A DNA stretch of 64,000 nucleotides from Chrysomallon squamiferum (Eukaryota; Animalia; Mollusca), in NCBI GenBank assembly GCA_012295275.1, contig CM022672.1:2046001-2110000 (forward strand), given 5' to 3'. A program made the translations under genes and the position numbers. The notes beneath the pieces were generated by a model. The model saw only the letters and a program-made list of their open reading frames with translations. It ran no database searches and was not told the DNA's origin. Shown here piece after piece: positions 13,611-26,340 of the stretch; position 1 is the first letter of the stretch; each line of letters starts with the position of its first letter.

Positions 13611-14349
13611 AACATCAGTTAACACAGCAATCAGTTGATCCACCCATTTAATGACTAGCATTACTTCAGGAGATAAATACAGACATCTACTACATTTGTC
13701 ACATCTTAGAAATACTCAAACAAACCTTTCCAGGTAAAGGAAGACATTTGAACACCTCTTTAATGTTTATCTTTTCTCTTTATTTATTTTATTTTTTTCT
13801 TTCTTTCTTTCTTTCTTTATTATTATTATTATTGTTATTATTACAATTATTTGGCTGGCGTGGCACAGTTGGTCAATGAAGAACTGGCTAATAAAAGGCA
13901 CATTAAAAATGATATAGTGTAATCCATTAGCCATCATTAAATGAAATCATCCTTCCGGGAGACCACAGCTGTGTTAGTAATTTCCTGCAGTGGATACACT
14001 GCAACCAGTACCAGCAGAGTAATCTGACTGGCTAAACCCATTGGTTTGTTATTTATACCCTTCTTCTGCTTCTTTCGTTTCTAATGGAGCATTTGGATTA
14101 AATGGTATATAATCACCTGTCCAAATTGCAGCAATCTGTAGATTGATGTTATTACCTGAAGACATTGCTGTTATATCATCTGTTCAAATTATAGAAGTCT
14201 GTACATAATTGGTGTGTTATATAATTGATATTAAAGTAGTCTTGGTGCCATATTGTGTTTGAAGCTGATTTTAACACTAAAAATGTAATCCATGAACTTA
14301 TACATTAATTCTAGTATGTCAGGTGCTCTGTCCAGTTTCTAACTATTAG

Positions 14350-14470
14350 CACTAAAAGAAAACCCATGTCTTACATCAAGTTTGTAATTACACAATACAC
14401 TAAAAGAAAACCCATGCCTTACATCAAGTTTGTGATTACACAATACACTGAAAGGAAAACCATGTATTAT
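14350..14470. repeat. 48-bp tandem duplication (~2.5 copies)
   Basis: cactaaaagaaaacccatg(t/c)cttacatcaagtttgt(a/g)attacacaata at 14350 and 14398, with a partial copy at 14446. Confidence 0.95.
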
Positions 14471-15043
14471 ATACTTCATAATTACTGTCAACACTAAACA
14501 AATAGCACACTTTTTTTTTCTTCAAGATTTTAATACTACATCAATATAACTATGTGCTTTATAAAACGTCTAGTTACTGCTAATTCTATTGTATCTTACA
14601 TAATCAACAGAGTTTTGGTTTTCACCCAGTTTATCAGTATCCATAAACCTGACATCTTAGATTTAATCAGTACCTGATTTGAAGATAGCAAGAAATAATT
14701 TTTTTTTTTTTTTCTTTCTAAAATACTGTAATGCAGACCATGAAATACAATATTATTCACATATGCACACACAAACACACTTGTTTGTAATCTGTGATAA
14801 AAACAACCCTGTCAGTGCCTCACTGATGATGATGCATTGTAATTTGTTTTTCATCATTAAATGCAAACAGTCACCTGGGAACTACGTTGTGTTCTAATTT
14901 CCTGCGCTGGACGCCAAACAACCTCTGACCACTGTCTGACCAGCTAGTCAGTCTACCTTTGTCTGAAGTGATCTCCGTCTAGTCATGCAGACAGCAATAC
15001 ATTTATTTATATTCAAACATTTTCCTTCTTCTTCCTCTTCTTC

Positions 15044-15079
<36 letters not shown>

Positions 15080-15258
15080 CAACAGCAACAATAACAATAA
15101 TAACAATAATAATAACACTAATAATATTATAATAATAACAACAACAATAATGACAGTGATAATAATAATAATAAAAGCAATAATAATAACAACAATAACA
15201 ATAACAATAATAATAATAACAATAATAATCATAATCATAATCATAATCATAATAATAA
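15044..15258. repeat. (AAT/AAC)n microsatellite
   Basis: Direct reading. It is the source of the poly-N/poly-L/poly-I ORFs. Confidence 0.95.
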
Positions 15259-16019
15259 GCCAGGGAATTGCTATGGATCTATGTTTTCTTTTCTTTTATT
15301 TCAAAATTACTGTTACTCCTTTATATATACCTTTTCTTTTTACTCCCGTAAACCCTTTTTTCTGAAACCCTTTTCACGTCATGACACCCTGTTTTCTTGC
15401 TGTTTACCCCCAACCTATTTATTCAGTGTGATTACCAACAGAGCTCTTGCCAAACAAGCTGAATAAAAATGTCTGACTGGCAGACGACACTTTTTGCCTG
15501 AATGCCTCCTCATTTTGGCGAGAGGTTACACATCAAGAGAACTTGTCTTCTTAGCTGACACTTTCCAGCATCACCCGTCTCCAGCTCAAGTCACTGCACG
15601 GAGTCTTGATAGATTGAAAAAACCAACCCTGTCATGTGTACAATGGATCTTATTTGTCTACTGATCAGTGAAGTGAAAAGTGTTAATGGTGTTGACTGGC
15701 CAGACACTTTTTAAAAGTCAAACAGTAAACGAAGAGGATTGAAAACCGCCATGTTTATTAAGACAGTAAAAATTCGGTAACTGACATCATTCGTCTGTTT
15801 TCTCTCAGTGTTGCATTATGGTTAATGCAGAAGAAAAATATTGGTTGATATGGATTGGAAGATGCATCAGGACAAAGAAAGAAAAAAGTTGTGAATTATT
15901 TCGAAAGAAATTTGCTCGAGTTTTCACATTTAATCTCCAAAAGGAAATGTTGATATTGTTTCCTTTAATACTGCATTAGTCTACATGTACTTTAAGATGT
16001 GTTAGAACATTTTATGTGA

Positions 16020-16423
16020 AATCAAAATAAGAGTAAAGTTTAATCTCGGACTGGAAATCATTACCTATCTTTTTTTCAGTAATATATTAGTTTGTATGGA
16101 TTGTAAGACATAAAGAAATATTAAAGTCAAATCTAAAAGAAATTAGCTTGTTTGGGATTTAATCTTCAATGGGAAATGATCACCTGGTTTTGTAAATATT
16201 ACATGAGTTTTTATTGTTTATAAGATGCATGAGAATATATTAACTTAAATCTAAAGAAGTCTGAAGTTTAATCTTCAGTTGGAAATCCTGATCAGGTTCT
16301 TTTTAAATACATTTTTTTCAATATCACATTAATGTGTATGGATTACAAGATACATGAAGACATGATTAAGTCAAATCTAAAGAAATTAGCTTGTTTTAGG
16401 TTAAATCTGCAGTTAGTAATGAT
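16020..16423. repeat. Degenerate ~120-bp tandem repeat with ABAB (dimeric ~245-bp) organisation
   Basis: aagtttaatct...tggaaatc occurs at ~16036 and ~16265. tgtatggatt..aaga...aagtcaaatctaaa(a)gaaattagcttgttt occurs at ~16093-16153 and ~16335-16396. Confidence 0.75.
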
Positions 16424-17817
16424 TTAGTGTGTGTGTGTGTGTGTTTGTGTGTGTGTGAAAATAAGATTACCAAATGGAAATAATCACAGAGGCAGGATTA
16501 GAAAGAGATTAGCAGTAAGCCAGGTTGCATCTGGTTCATGCATGTCAGAAATTACAACTATTATTAGTTTTCCACTTCTGCCAAGATGTCTGCACTGGGA
16601 ACATGCATTTGTTTTGTTTTTTCTGATTTGAAAGTTTAAATTTATAGCAATTTTACATCAACATATTCATGGTGTTTTTTATATTGTTTTGTTGCTTTGT
16701 TTTGTTATTTCTATTTTCTTCTTTCTTCATTTAAAAAAAAAAAAAAAAAAAGAAATTTGAAATGAAATTTTCTTTGTTAACAGAACAACTTTCAACCACC
16801 ATCATTCATTCTTTTTTTTAATATAAATTTGCCATTTTCTGAAAATATTCAGTTTCTTGTAACATAACTGTATTTCTGAAAATAAAAATATTTTCATTGA
16901 TCACTGATACTGTACCAGAATGTAAAGAAACATAACATGAAAGGTAAGAAAAAGAAAAAAGTAACTGACAGGATTGAAAATTTTGAATTATGTTCAAACT
17001 GAATAACTGAGAAAATTATTTTACAGTATTTGTAAACAAAATATTTTTCAAGTATCTTTTTTACCACAGTTTAAAGAAAAAATATCTCCAAAAAGTGAGA
17101 AAAAAAAAGAAGAAATAAGTTACTTTCAGTATTAAAACAATTGTATCTTGGATCCATGGAAAAAACAGACGTGATAAATAACAAAACAGTTACATTTAAA
17201 TAAACTAATGTATCTTGAACTCTGTGAACTGGATGACACAGACAACTACTAAAATAGTAATCACATGCTCTTCACTTCACTTCAAATACAAATTTAAAAA
17301 AATAAAATACTTTGATGGAACAGGCTGATTTGAAGAAAGATTATCTGAAAAAGATAAAGAAAAATTTCAGAATTAAAACTATCGTTGCACAGTGAATTGC
17401 AGAGGTAACTGCTAGATAACAATGAAGTGCATTTTAAATAGAATCTAATTCACATCAGTCAGGCTACAGAAGACACTCCAAACGATTCCCTATGTTGTTG
17501 TTTTTTCTCCAAAAGCTGCTCATCCTTTATTTAATTCTTTTCTCTCAGTTAGATGAACAGCCAACCATTCACACAGTGGAGGAATGATAAATGAAGTAAT
17601 TTATAGGAAGATGTCTAGACACACTTTACTAATGAGATAGAAATATCACTGACCTAGTATAATTGATGGCAAATATTCCAAAATATTTGGACATGGCCAT
17701 CGTTTTATGAATGATTACCCAGAACATCTCTAAGAAGAAAAAATCAGGCCTATAACTCACTGACAGGTCAGTCACACAAAACTCCAGTGTCAAAAGGATT
17801 AATCTTCAGTGCATCTG

Positions 17818-17920
17818 TTGGGCAATTTCCCATTCCAGATGGTCCCTACTGGATAATTTCTCAAAGTATGATCTGTATATTTCATTAGAGAGGGTGTGTA
17901 AAAGACCCCTTTTTGCTAAT
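17818..17920 (+). mobile_element. Decayed SINE-like fragment
   Basis: ttgggcaatttcccattccag...ggtgtgtaaaagaccccttttttgctaat. The 3' part matches ggtgcatataaatgatcacttactgctaat at 47367. Confidence 0.55.
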
Positions 17921-20166
17921 AACTGTTACCCACTCTAGACAAGCCTCTCTGGTGAAGTTAGTTGGAAACTATGTCCATGACAGGCCAGCTTGAACAGTTC
18001 TTTGAACAACAGAAGAGGGTATATTCATTCAAAATCAAATTTCTGTCGACGTTTGTTAACTGTTAAATAAACAGCACATAAACTAAATATATGAATATAT
18101 TTCTTTCTTTAGGTGTTATAGATTTTATTACTTTTAGAACATATATTTAAGAACATTTACTCAATACAGTGAATTTATAATTAACACATTTACAGAAATA
18201 AACATAAATATCCAACAGTAAACATCAGAAATTTTATCATAAATTAAACTAGTCTTAATACCATGAAGAACTTCTTTTTTTTTTTTTTTTGAGTTTTGAA
18301 ATAAAGAGTTATAACTATTTTAGTGTATATGTATTTTTTAATAATCATGTTAATTGAAACAGTAGCTATAGGTTTCTGCAAAAACATTAACCATATCAAC
18401 ACAACCGTTGTTGCATCATCAAAATTACATTTTATATATTAAAACCATGAAACTATCAAAGCTTGATATATGATAAATATATTCTGTAAAATGTCTTGTG
18501 ATAGTGAATTTATTACCAGGCTTGTTGTATACAACCTGGATATCATTGTATTTGACTGTCATATTATTGCCAATTGAAGAAAAAAAAGATTATTTGTACA
18601 TCAGTTTGCAAATGGTACTGAAGCCAGTGAAATAATTCATAGCTGGTTTAGAGAACAGCTGAAAACACATTTTTATAACAAAATTATTATGTATGAAAAT
18701 TTAGGTTAAAAAAAGTACAGGAAGAGCAAATGGGATTAGCTACAATACTACTACAAGAGATTCTGTTTTAATTTTATTTCCATAATTTAATAGCAATAAT
18801 AAATAAATTGCCATTGTTTTTCTCCATTTATCCTGGGACACACAAAATAAAATATATAAAGAAAATAATTCGATTTTTAAAAAGTACTAATACAGTTAAT
18901 TCATGTAGCAGTAGATTTGATTAACCGAGCACAAAGCAGTGATTACTTGATGTGGGCCGAGGATTATTTTAGATGAACTGTACATAGCAGGATGAATGAA
19001 TGGTTTTAAAATGAATGTATTTATACTGAGAAATGGAATCATTTTCAAAGTATTTATCTGAAACAATTACTTCCTTAGTGATTAAATGAAATAATCAATT
19101 TGCTAGTGACTAAATAAGGTGAAAAAAAATCACACACTAGTCACTGAATGTAGTCTATTAGTGTATGTAAAGCTGTACAAATGAATAGTTATATTTCCAA
19201 GCTGTTGTTTTATTGTTTTTGGTAGCCTATCATCATTAATAACCAAATATAAAAATAAAATAATAATGTTGTAAAATATCTGGATGCTGCCATTTTACCC
19301 ATTTATAGTAAGATTGCCTTATAATGAAACAATAAAAAAATAAAACTTGATCTATTTAAATTTTATAATAACAAACATCATAAAGAATAAATTAAATCTA
19401 TGTAAACATCAATATCTGCCTCTGATTAATAAAATAAGACAAAATATAATTAGATTTTTATTTAGTTTCCAATAAATTAACTTTACCAATCAATATCTTG
19501 CTGAAACAATGTCTGAACCAAATGAAATGTAGGTTACATATGACCAGAATCATATTGTAAGAAAATGTTTTGTGCAATGCCTCTGAGCTTTTCCTCCATT
19601 GTCTTGAGTCCATCTCTAAAATCAACAAAGAGATTTCTCAACAGTTTTTCAATGTCTCTGATTTCCCCCTCTTACATAGTTTAGAAGTGTTTGTGTAAGA
19701 TGCTTGCACACAATGTCTTTCCTTGGCAGCAGTTTGAATTGTAGGATGAGAGTAGCCCAGGAAAATGTAGAATTGATGATTCTGCTCTCACAGAGATTGC
19801 TGTGTATGGCATTAAAATGATTGAACACTTTGGACAGTTTTTGTTTTATTTTTCACTGTGAAGTATTTTGACTACTGTGGGTTTTTGTCTGGTTTTATGT
19901 TCAATGGTGGGGTTTTTTTTTCTTATGGATTTTGTCCTCATTCCATTCGGTGTTACCATTGACTGCAGAAAAAGTGTGGTACTCAGATAATTGATAACTG
20001 TACTCTTAAAACTGAAACGCAAAAATAAAATAAATAAACAAATAATATAATATAAAGAAAAAAAGAAATAGTAACAAAAAAAGAAAAAAAAGAAAAGAAG
20101 TAGAAAAAACGAAAAAAACGAAAAAAGAAAAGAAATAATAATAAAAGATAACAAGGAAGTATGTAG

Positions 20167-20252
20167 AACTGCGACAGACACGCCCGCTGACCTGTCAGAA
20201 AGCGTGCCCGTCGTAGACGTGCTTCACAACAGCTCGCTCCGATGAGCACGTT
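20167..20252. other. CpG-rich double-hairpin element, copy A (putative conserved noncoding or structured element)
   Basis: 10 CpGs in ~80 bp. Stem 20169-20216 and stem acgtgct/agcacgt (20217-20251). Collinear similarity to 52067-52148. Confidence 0.6.
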
Positions 20253-20670
20253 CATTTTCATTTCAAGGTTCAAGATTCAATGTAGAATATATCTAGACCA
20301 TTTCTTCCTATCACTAAACGTATACACTTTAATACTTGCAGAAGTATACTTGATTATCTGAAGACAAAACAACAGCAGCTAGCCTACACTGATGAATATT
20401 TCAGTTAATGCATTTCATTAACTGAGAAGAAACAACAGAGGCTTGCTTGGACAATCCACTTACGGTAGTTTGGTATATTTCAATCCACCTTGTTGAATAC
20501 ATTGATTTATTTTCACGTCCATATGGTGCTCTGTAGATTTCATTACGTTTGTAAATCCTGCTCTGTAAACATAATCTAGGTCAATGTAACACGAACTACA
20601 ACCTAGTGTTTTGTTCTATAACAAAAAGTTTACACATGTAAACAATATATGAGTATATTATTATATCACT

Positions 20671-20755
20671 GGTATGTGCTATCCTGTATATAAAAGATGG
20701 CTTGTTGCTGGTGCTTGGTATAATATGCAGCAATATGTTTTTCTCTCTCTCTCTC
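20671..20755 (+). mobile_element. Decayed SINE-like fragment
   Basis: ggtatgtgctatcctgt...atataaaagat..cttgttgct matches 27688, 47341-47395 and 62352. Confidence 0.6.
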
Positions 20756-20809
20756 ATACCTTCCCTCTGTGAATAAATGATTTAGCAATCATAATTGACG
20801 GAACTGGAT

Positions 20810-21350
20810 TGTCAGTCACTGAGTGAAGAATCATTATATGGTAAAATCAGTAACAGCTAAATTATACATCCATGTTACAAAGATTGTGGGAAGGTATCAG
20901 TGAACTGATAGAATAAATGAACAAATGAATTATGAAATCCATTGTTTGTTGCTCACTAAACAGTGAAATCATTAATAGCTATTTAATGGTACTGATTTAC
21001 TTAGAATTGCTGAGTGAAAAAAAATGTTATTTGCTTGTCAGTGAACTGATGGAATATGTCAGTAATTGAAGAACAGAATCAATTTGCTTTTCACTGAGTT
21101 AAGAGGCCAGTTACTGAGTAACACAATTAATTTACTAGCCACCGAAGACAGAACCAGTAACTGAAACAATGAATTCCCTGGTGACTGAATGAAAGAACTA
21201 GTAACTAAATAGAAAAATTAATTCACTAGTCACTGAATGTGGAAATCAACTACTAATCATTCAATAAAGCATCAGTTTGTTGTCATTAAATGACACAATA
21301 AGTCTGATAAGTCATATAATCATCCTGATAATCACTAAATGATGTACTGA
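20810..21350. repeat. Degenerate ~50-bp minisatellite (related units at 19070-19150)
   Basis: Recurring (cta)gtcactga(a/g)tg...aa(t/c)cagtaact / tcagtgaactgat.gaata cores. Confidence 0.6.
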
Positions 21351-22210
21351 TCAGTGCTATATAAGTTTTTTAACACTATATATGCATGTATGGACATAAA
21401 TGCAAAGTTTTCATAATTTTTAGCATGCCTGTTTTCATTTCTTGTAAGTTACTCAAGGTCTGATTTTAACAAACCAAGTCATCTTGTATGTGACTGAAAA
21501 AACATTTAAAGTACATTACATATTAATTTTTTAAATCTTTTTTTTTTAAGAAAAAACAATGATAAATAAAGTCTGACATTTTAAAAATGTACAATTTGAA
21601 ACAAAATTATCTGAAATTAGATTTTAAATATTAATTAAATGATACTGAAGTTAAAAAAGTTACAAAATTGTATTAGTTTTATACAGAAATAAATGAGATT
21701 ATTTTTCAGTTTGAAATAAATGTGAAATCATATTGCAATTTTAAATACAATAATAATTTTATTATAAAGGTAAAGTTGTATTTTGAATTTTAAAAAATAG
21801 AAATGATATTTGAATTATAGACATTAATATGAATCTGTATTTCTGATTCAAAGAAATATGAAATAAAATGAAGCTATTAGCATGAAAAAGAAGAAAAAAG
21901 AAATGATATTTGAACTTTTAAACAAATACTAAATTAAATTTCTATTTCAAATAAATATCCTAATATTTAAAAACAGGAGAAAATTTAATTTTAAGGCTTT
22001 TGCATTAGAAAAAAGTATTCTTTGGAACCAATATGAAACAAAATTTAAAAAAATTATATTAATAAATTTCATTTCAAAATATTGGAATTAAAAGAAACAC
22101 TTATATAAATCTTATTAGAATTTTAAACACATATAAAATCAAATATGTCTTAAAATTATATTTTAAATAATCAAACAAATGTAAAATGAAATTTAGATTT
22201 AAACAATAGT

Positions 22211-22352
<142 letters not shown>

Positions 22353-23483
22353 TTTAAAAACTGAACTGTAATCTATTCATGCCTATGGCTGGCAAACTGT
22401 CTTCCATTGTTCTTTAGTTGTATCAGCAACAACATTTAACTTAATTACCAGGATCAATACATCTTACGGACAGACTTAATATGTCTGTTTTGCACATCAA
22501 ATAACTTCATTACCAAATTTATTTTCTATTTTCTAGCTTCAGGCTCCTCTCTGTCAACAGAACAAGCCTACACACAATTTCTAGCAACCATGTTAGTAAG
22601 TCCACAGAAAAAAAAACCCAGGTCCCATGTGACAGCAGCCATGGATTTTGTTTTGTTTTTTTGTTGTGTTTGTTTTTGTTACAGATGTTTGGTTGTGGAA
22701 AAAGGATTTTAGTTTTGTTTTTGAACAAGATTGGAGATTAAGTTAGAATAGTAGCTGTGGATTTGTCTTGTGAAAAGGAATTGTGTAATATGTACGTATT
22801 GAAAAGTATTTATTACCGTTATTTTTTAACTTAAAATTTGTTACTGATGTCAGTTTGTAGATCTGACAGATTTTGAAACATTGCAAAATTATGTAGGAAT
22901 ATTTGAAATACAACATTTGTTAATTATTTAATAAAAAAATTCTTATGAAATGTTATTAAGTAAGATGCTTTCTGATTTAGATTTATTTGTTATGGTATTT
23001 AATATTTGAAAGTATATTTCAAATTTGAAGTCAAAACATTTTTATTATTATTATTATTATATATATATATTTTATTGTTTAATAATTATTTTTATTTACT
23101 TATTTATATATGCTATTGTGATAGTACTATAGAAATGGTAGTTGTAATGTAACAGTAGCAGCAGTAGTAACATTACTGGTAATAAAAATAACTGGTACTA
23201 GGAATGGTAGTAGTATAGTAGAGCAGTAATGCTAATAGTGGTAATAGTATAGTAGTATAATAGTAAGTAGTAATAGTTTTGTAGTAACATAGAGTTGAAA
23301 TAGGTGAATTAGTACTGATATGTACAGAATATTATAATATCAAATGCAAAATTTTTTTTTTCTATATATCAAAGAAATAGATAGACAACATTTATGAACA
23401 GATATAGTTTGTATTTAAAACAATTTAATTAATTATTTCAACACTTGCAGACTTGATATAACTCACAGTTGTGTCCAAATATT

Positions 23484-23564
<81 letters not shown>

Positions 23565-23722
23565 CTTCATCCTTCTAACCATCATTTCCATTATGAATTT
23601 CTCTCACTCTCTTTCAACTTTTCTCTCTTCCCGATGCTCTCAATCTCTCTCTGTTTAACCACCATTTTCATCAATTCTTTTCTCTCTCTTTAACCATCGT
23701 TTGTACGTGTCTCTCTCTCTCT

Positions 23723-23794
<72 letters not shown>

Positions 23795-24070
23795 CTCTCC
23801 TCTCCTCTAACAAACACTTTCATTAACTCTCTCTCTTTAATCATCATATTCATTCTTTTTATCACTCTCTGACACTTTTTATATTTCTCTGCATCTCTCT
23901 CTACCTCTCTTTAACTTATAGTTGTGTTAGAACATTTCTCTGTCTCTTTTTCTCTTCATGTCTCTATTTATCACTTTGATTATTTTTATTTCTCCATTCT
24001 TATCTATCTTTATCTCTCCATCTCTCAGTCTCTCACACTTTCTTCATATTTCTATCTCCCATTCTCTTTC
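23484..24070. repeat. (CT)n microsatellites within a long pyrimidine-rich tract
   Basis: Perfect (CT)n at 23484-23560 and 23710-23790, with degenerate flanks. Confidence 0.9.
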
Positions 24071-24616
24071 TGTAAATTATTTTTCTGGTTGGAGCCTTTC
24101 TTTCAACAAACTGCCTCCAGAGTCTCTTATTGATCAGCATTATGTGATAAATTTAACATTCCTGATTTTAAAGTCGAAATATAAATAATAGCCATGGGAT
24201 TTCTTGGATATCTTATTGCACTGGTTTGAAGCCTAAACTGTTGATGTGGTCTTAATACGACTTGTGTGTGTGGCACATTTAGAATCTAGGGGACATGTTG
24301 GTAAATGTAACTAGGTCATGGGTTTAATTATGCGACCAGTAAAAATGGATTTAAAATTAGTATTTGAAGCACTGGGGCCAGTAGCCAGTAGCCATATTAG
24401 GACGTATTTTACTATTTATATCAAAAACAGCACTGCGATATATATTTGTTAATGGTACCAAAAATAACATTAGAATCTAAACAGGTATTTTTTTTTTATT
24501 AATTTTTTTTTTTTTTTTTAAATATTTTTAGGCTTATTTAAAGTATTTTGAGATCAATGAATGTAATATTTTGTTACAGTTTATACAGCGAGAACCATAT
24601 CAAAAGGTATATGTGT

Positions 24617-24648
<32 letters not shown>

Positions 24649-24770
24649 ACACACACACACACTTGCACACACACACATGCACACAAACACACATGCACAC
24701 AAACATGCACACACATGCACACACACATGCACACACACACACACACACACACATGCACACACGGACACAT

Positions 24771-24862
<92 letters not shown>
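24617..24862. repeat. (CA)n microsatellite with TGCA interruptions
   Basis: Direct reading. It is the source of six spurious HT/CV ORFs. Confidence 0.97.
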
Positions 24863-24866
<4 letters not shown>

Positions 24867-25879
24867 TGAGAGCCACATTGTCAAAGATAAACAAGCACTT
24901 TATCACTCAGAGAACAACCCATCAGTTTAACAAACCCATACACAGAGACAGGAGAACTGCCTGTTTCATTATCTGTGATTTTATCTCATTTCATCTCATT
25001 AGAAAGAAAAAATCTCAAATACATTGCATCATATTTATTACATCAGAGACAGAAAATGTTGGGTTTTTTTTTTAATGATTTTCATTCTAAAGTACTCACT
25101 TGTCAATACAATACTGAGACTATTGCATCATATCTCTCACTCCAAACTGGATATAAAACAATATTCAGCTGGTTCTGTGTTTACAAAGGGACTCTTAAAA
25201 TATTTATTCGCTGTCAAATATCTGTTCTTCTGTATGCTTGGAATGAACTTGTGTCAGATTTTAAAAATAAAGTTTACTGTTGATTTAGTGAGTGCTACAG
25301 CACCAAGACAGAGTGATGAATTCTATGACGTGTATACTGATATTAGATGAATGAATGAATGAATAAATAACTGAGTTACTGGATGAATGTATAGGTAGAT
25401 GGATAGATAAATGAACAAATGAATGAAACAGCTGGATTAATGGATATAGAAGGATCAGTAGCAGCAGCAGTAGTAGTAGTAGTAGCTGTTGATGTAATTG
25501 TAGTAGTAGTAATAGAAACATACACCTTTCCATAGAGAATTTGAAAAATATAAAAAATAAAAATTACATGAACATTTAATAAAAGAAAGTACAGGGCTGG
25601 AATTGTAAATACTGGACTAACATAAACATTTAAGATATTAGAAAAGAAATCAAATACTTCCTTTTAAATTGATATAGCAAAAGTAGGCACTTTCCAGAGT
25701 AAGGAAAAAAAAAAGAGAGGAAAAAAAAGCAACCATATAGCATGACCTTTAATAAATGAACTAATGAATAAAATATGAATTTATCATACTATGACTGATG
25801 GTGATAATATTTGAAAGGACACCTTCAAAATAATATACAAATATATGCCTTTCTATAGACAGCAAAACATGTATATAAC

Positions 25880-26024
25880 ATTATCTCTGATAAAGAAATT
25901 ATGGGGCATGTATTGGAATTTTAAATAGCCCAAATGGCCTAACATAAGAATTTAATAATGATGATTAAGAAAAGAAATGGATTAAATAAGTATATTGAGA
26001 CTTTCACATGAACAGAAAAAAAAC

Positions 26025-26077
<53 letters not shown>

Positions 26078-26340
26078 CATTTCATTTAATAAAGGAACTG
26101 CATGGTATTTACTGAAATGTTAAATAGCCCTGTGAGAGCATTGACCTAACAAAATAATTTACTAATGATGACCGAGAAACTGATTTAAAAAAAAAATAAT
26201 ACAGACCTTCTCATACACAGGAAAACTAAAAATTTATCAACTTTTTTAATAAAAGACCGGCAAGGTGATGACTTGAATTGTAAACAGCCTAGCACAGTGC
26301 ACTGACCTAACACACACATTCATCACGTTACAGCCAAGGA
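25880..26340. repeat. Degenerate ~170-200-bp tandem repeat (3 copies) with an embedded (TA)n
   Basis: gaa(t/a)t.t.aaa(t/c)agcc...(g/a)cctaaca recurs at ~25915, 26114 and 26274, with a weaker copy at ~25598. (TA)n lies at 26031-26075. Confidence 0.6.

Noticed and set aside
20224-20247. miR-67/307- or miR-2-like mature sequence (tcacaacagc...gatgagc)
   Set aside because: Seed mismatch and no complementary star arm. The hairpins are too short for a canonical pre-miRNA.
20197-20250. Hammerhead ribozyme (GAAA ... ccgatgag)
   Set aside because: The core reads CCGAUGA rather than CUGAUGA, and stems I and II cannot be formed.
20158-20265. H/ACA snoRNA or SECIS on the minus strand
   Set aside because: Two hairpins and a downstream ACA exist, but the hinge has no ANANNA H box. 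The AUGA lacks the opposing GA needed for the SECIS quartet.
24214-24236. miR-92-like tattgcactggtttgaagcct (also tattgcac at ~8558 and miR-34-like tggcagtgtg at ~50443)
   Set aside because: Only seed-length matches, with no proper precursor hairpin.
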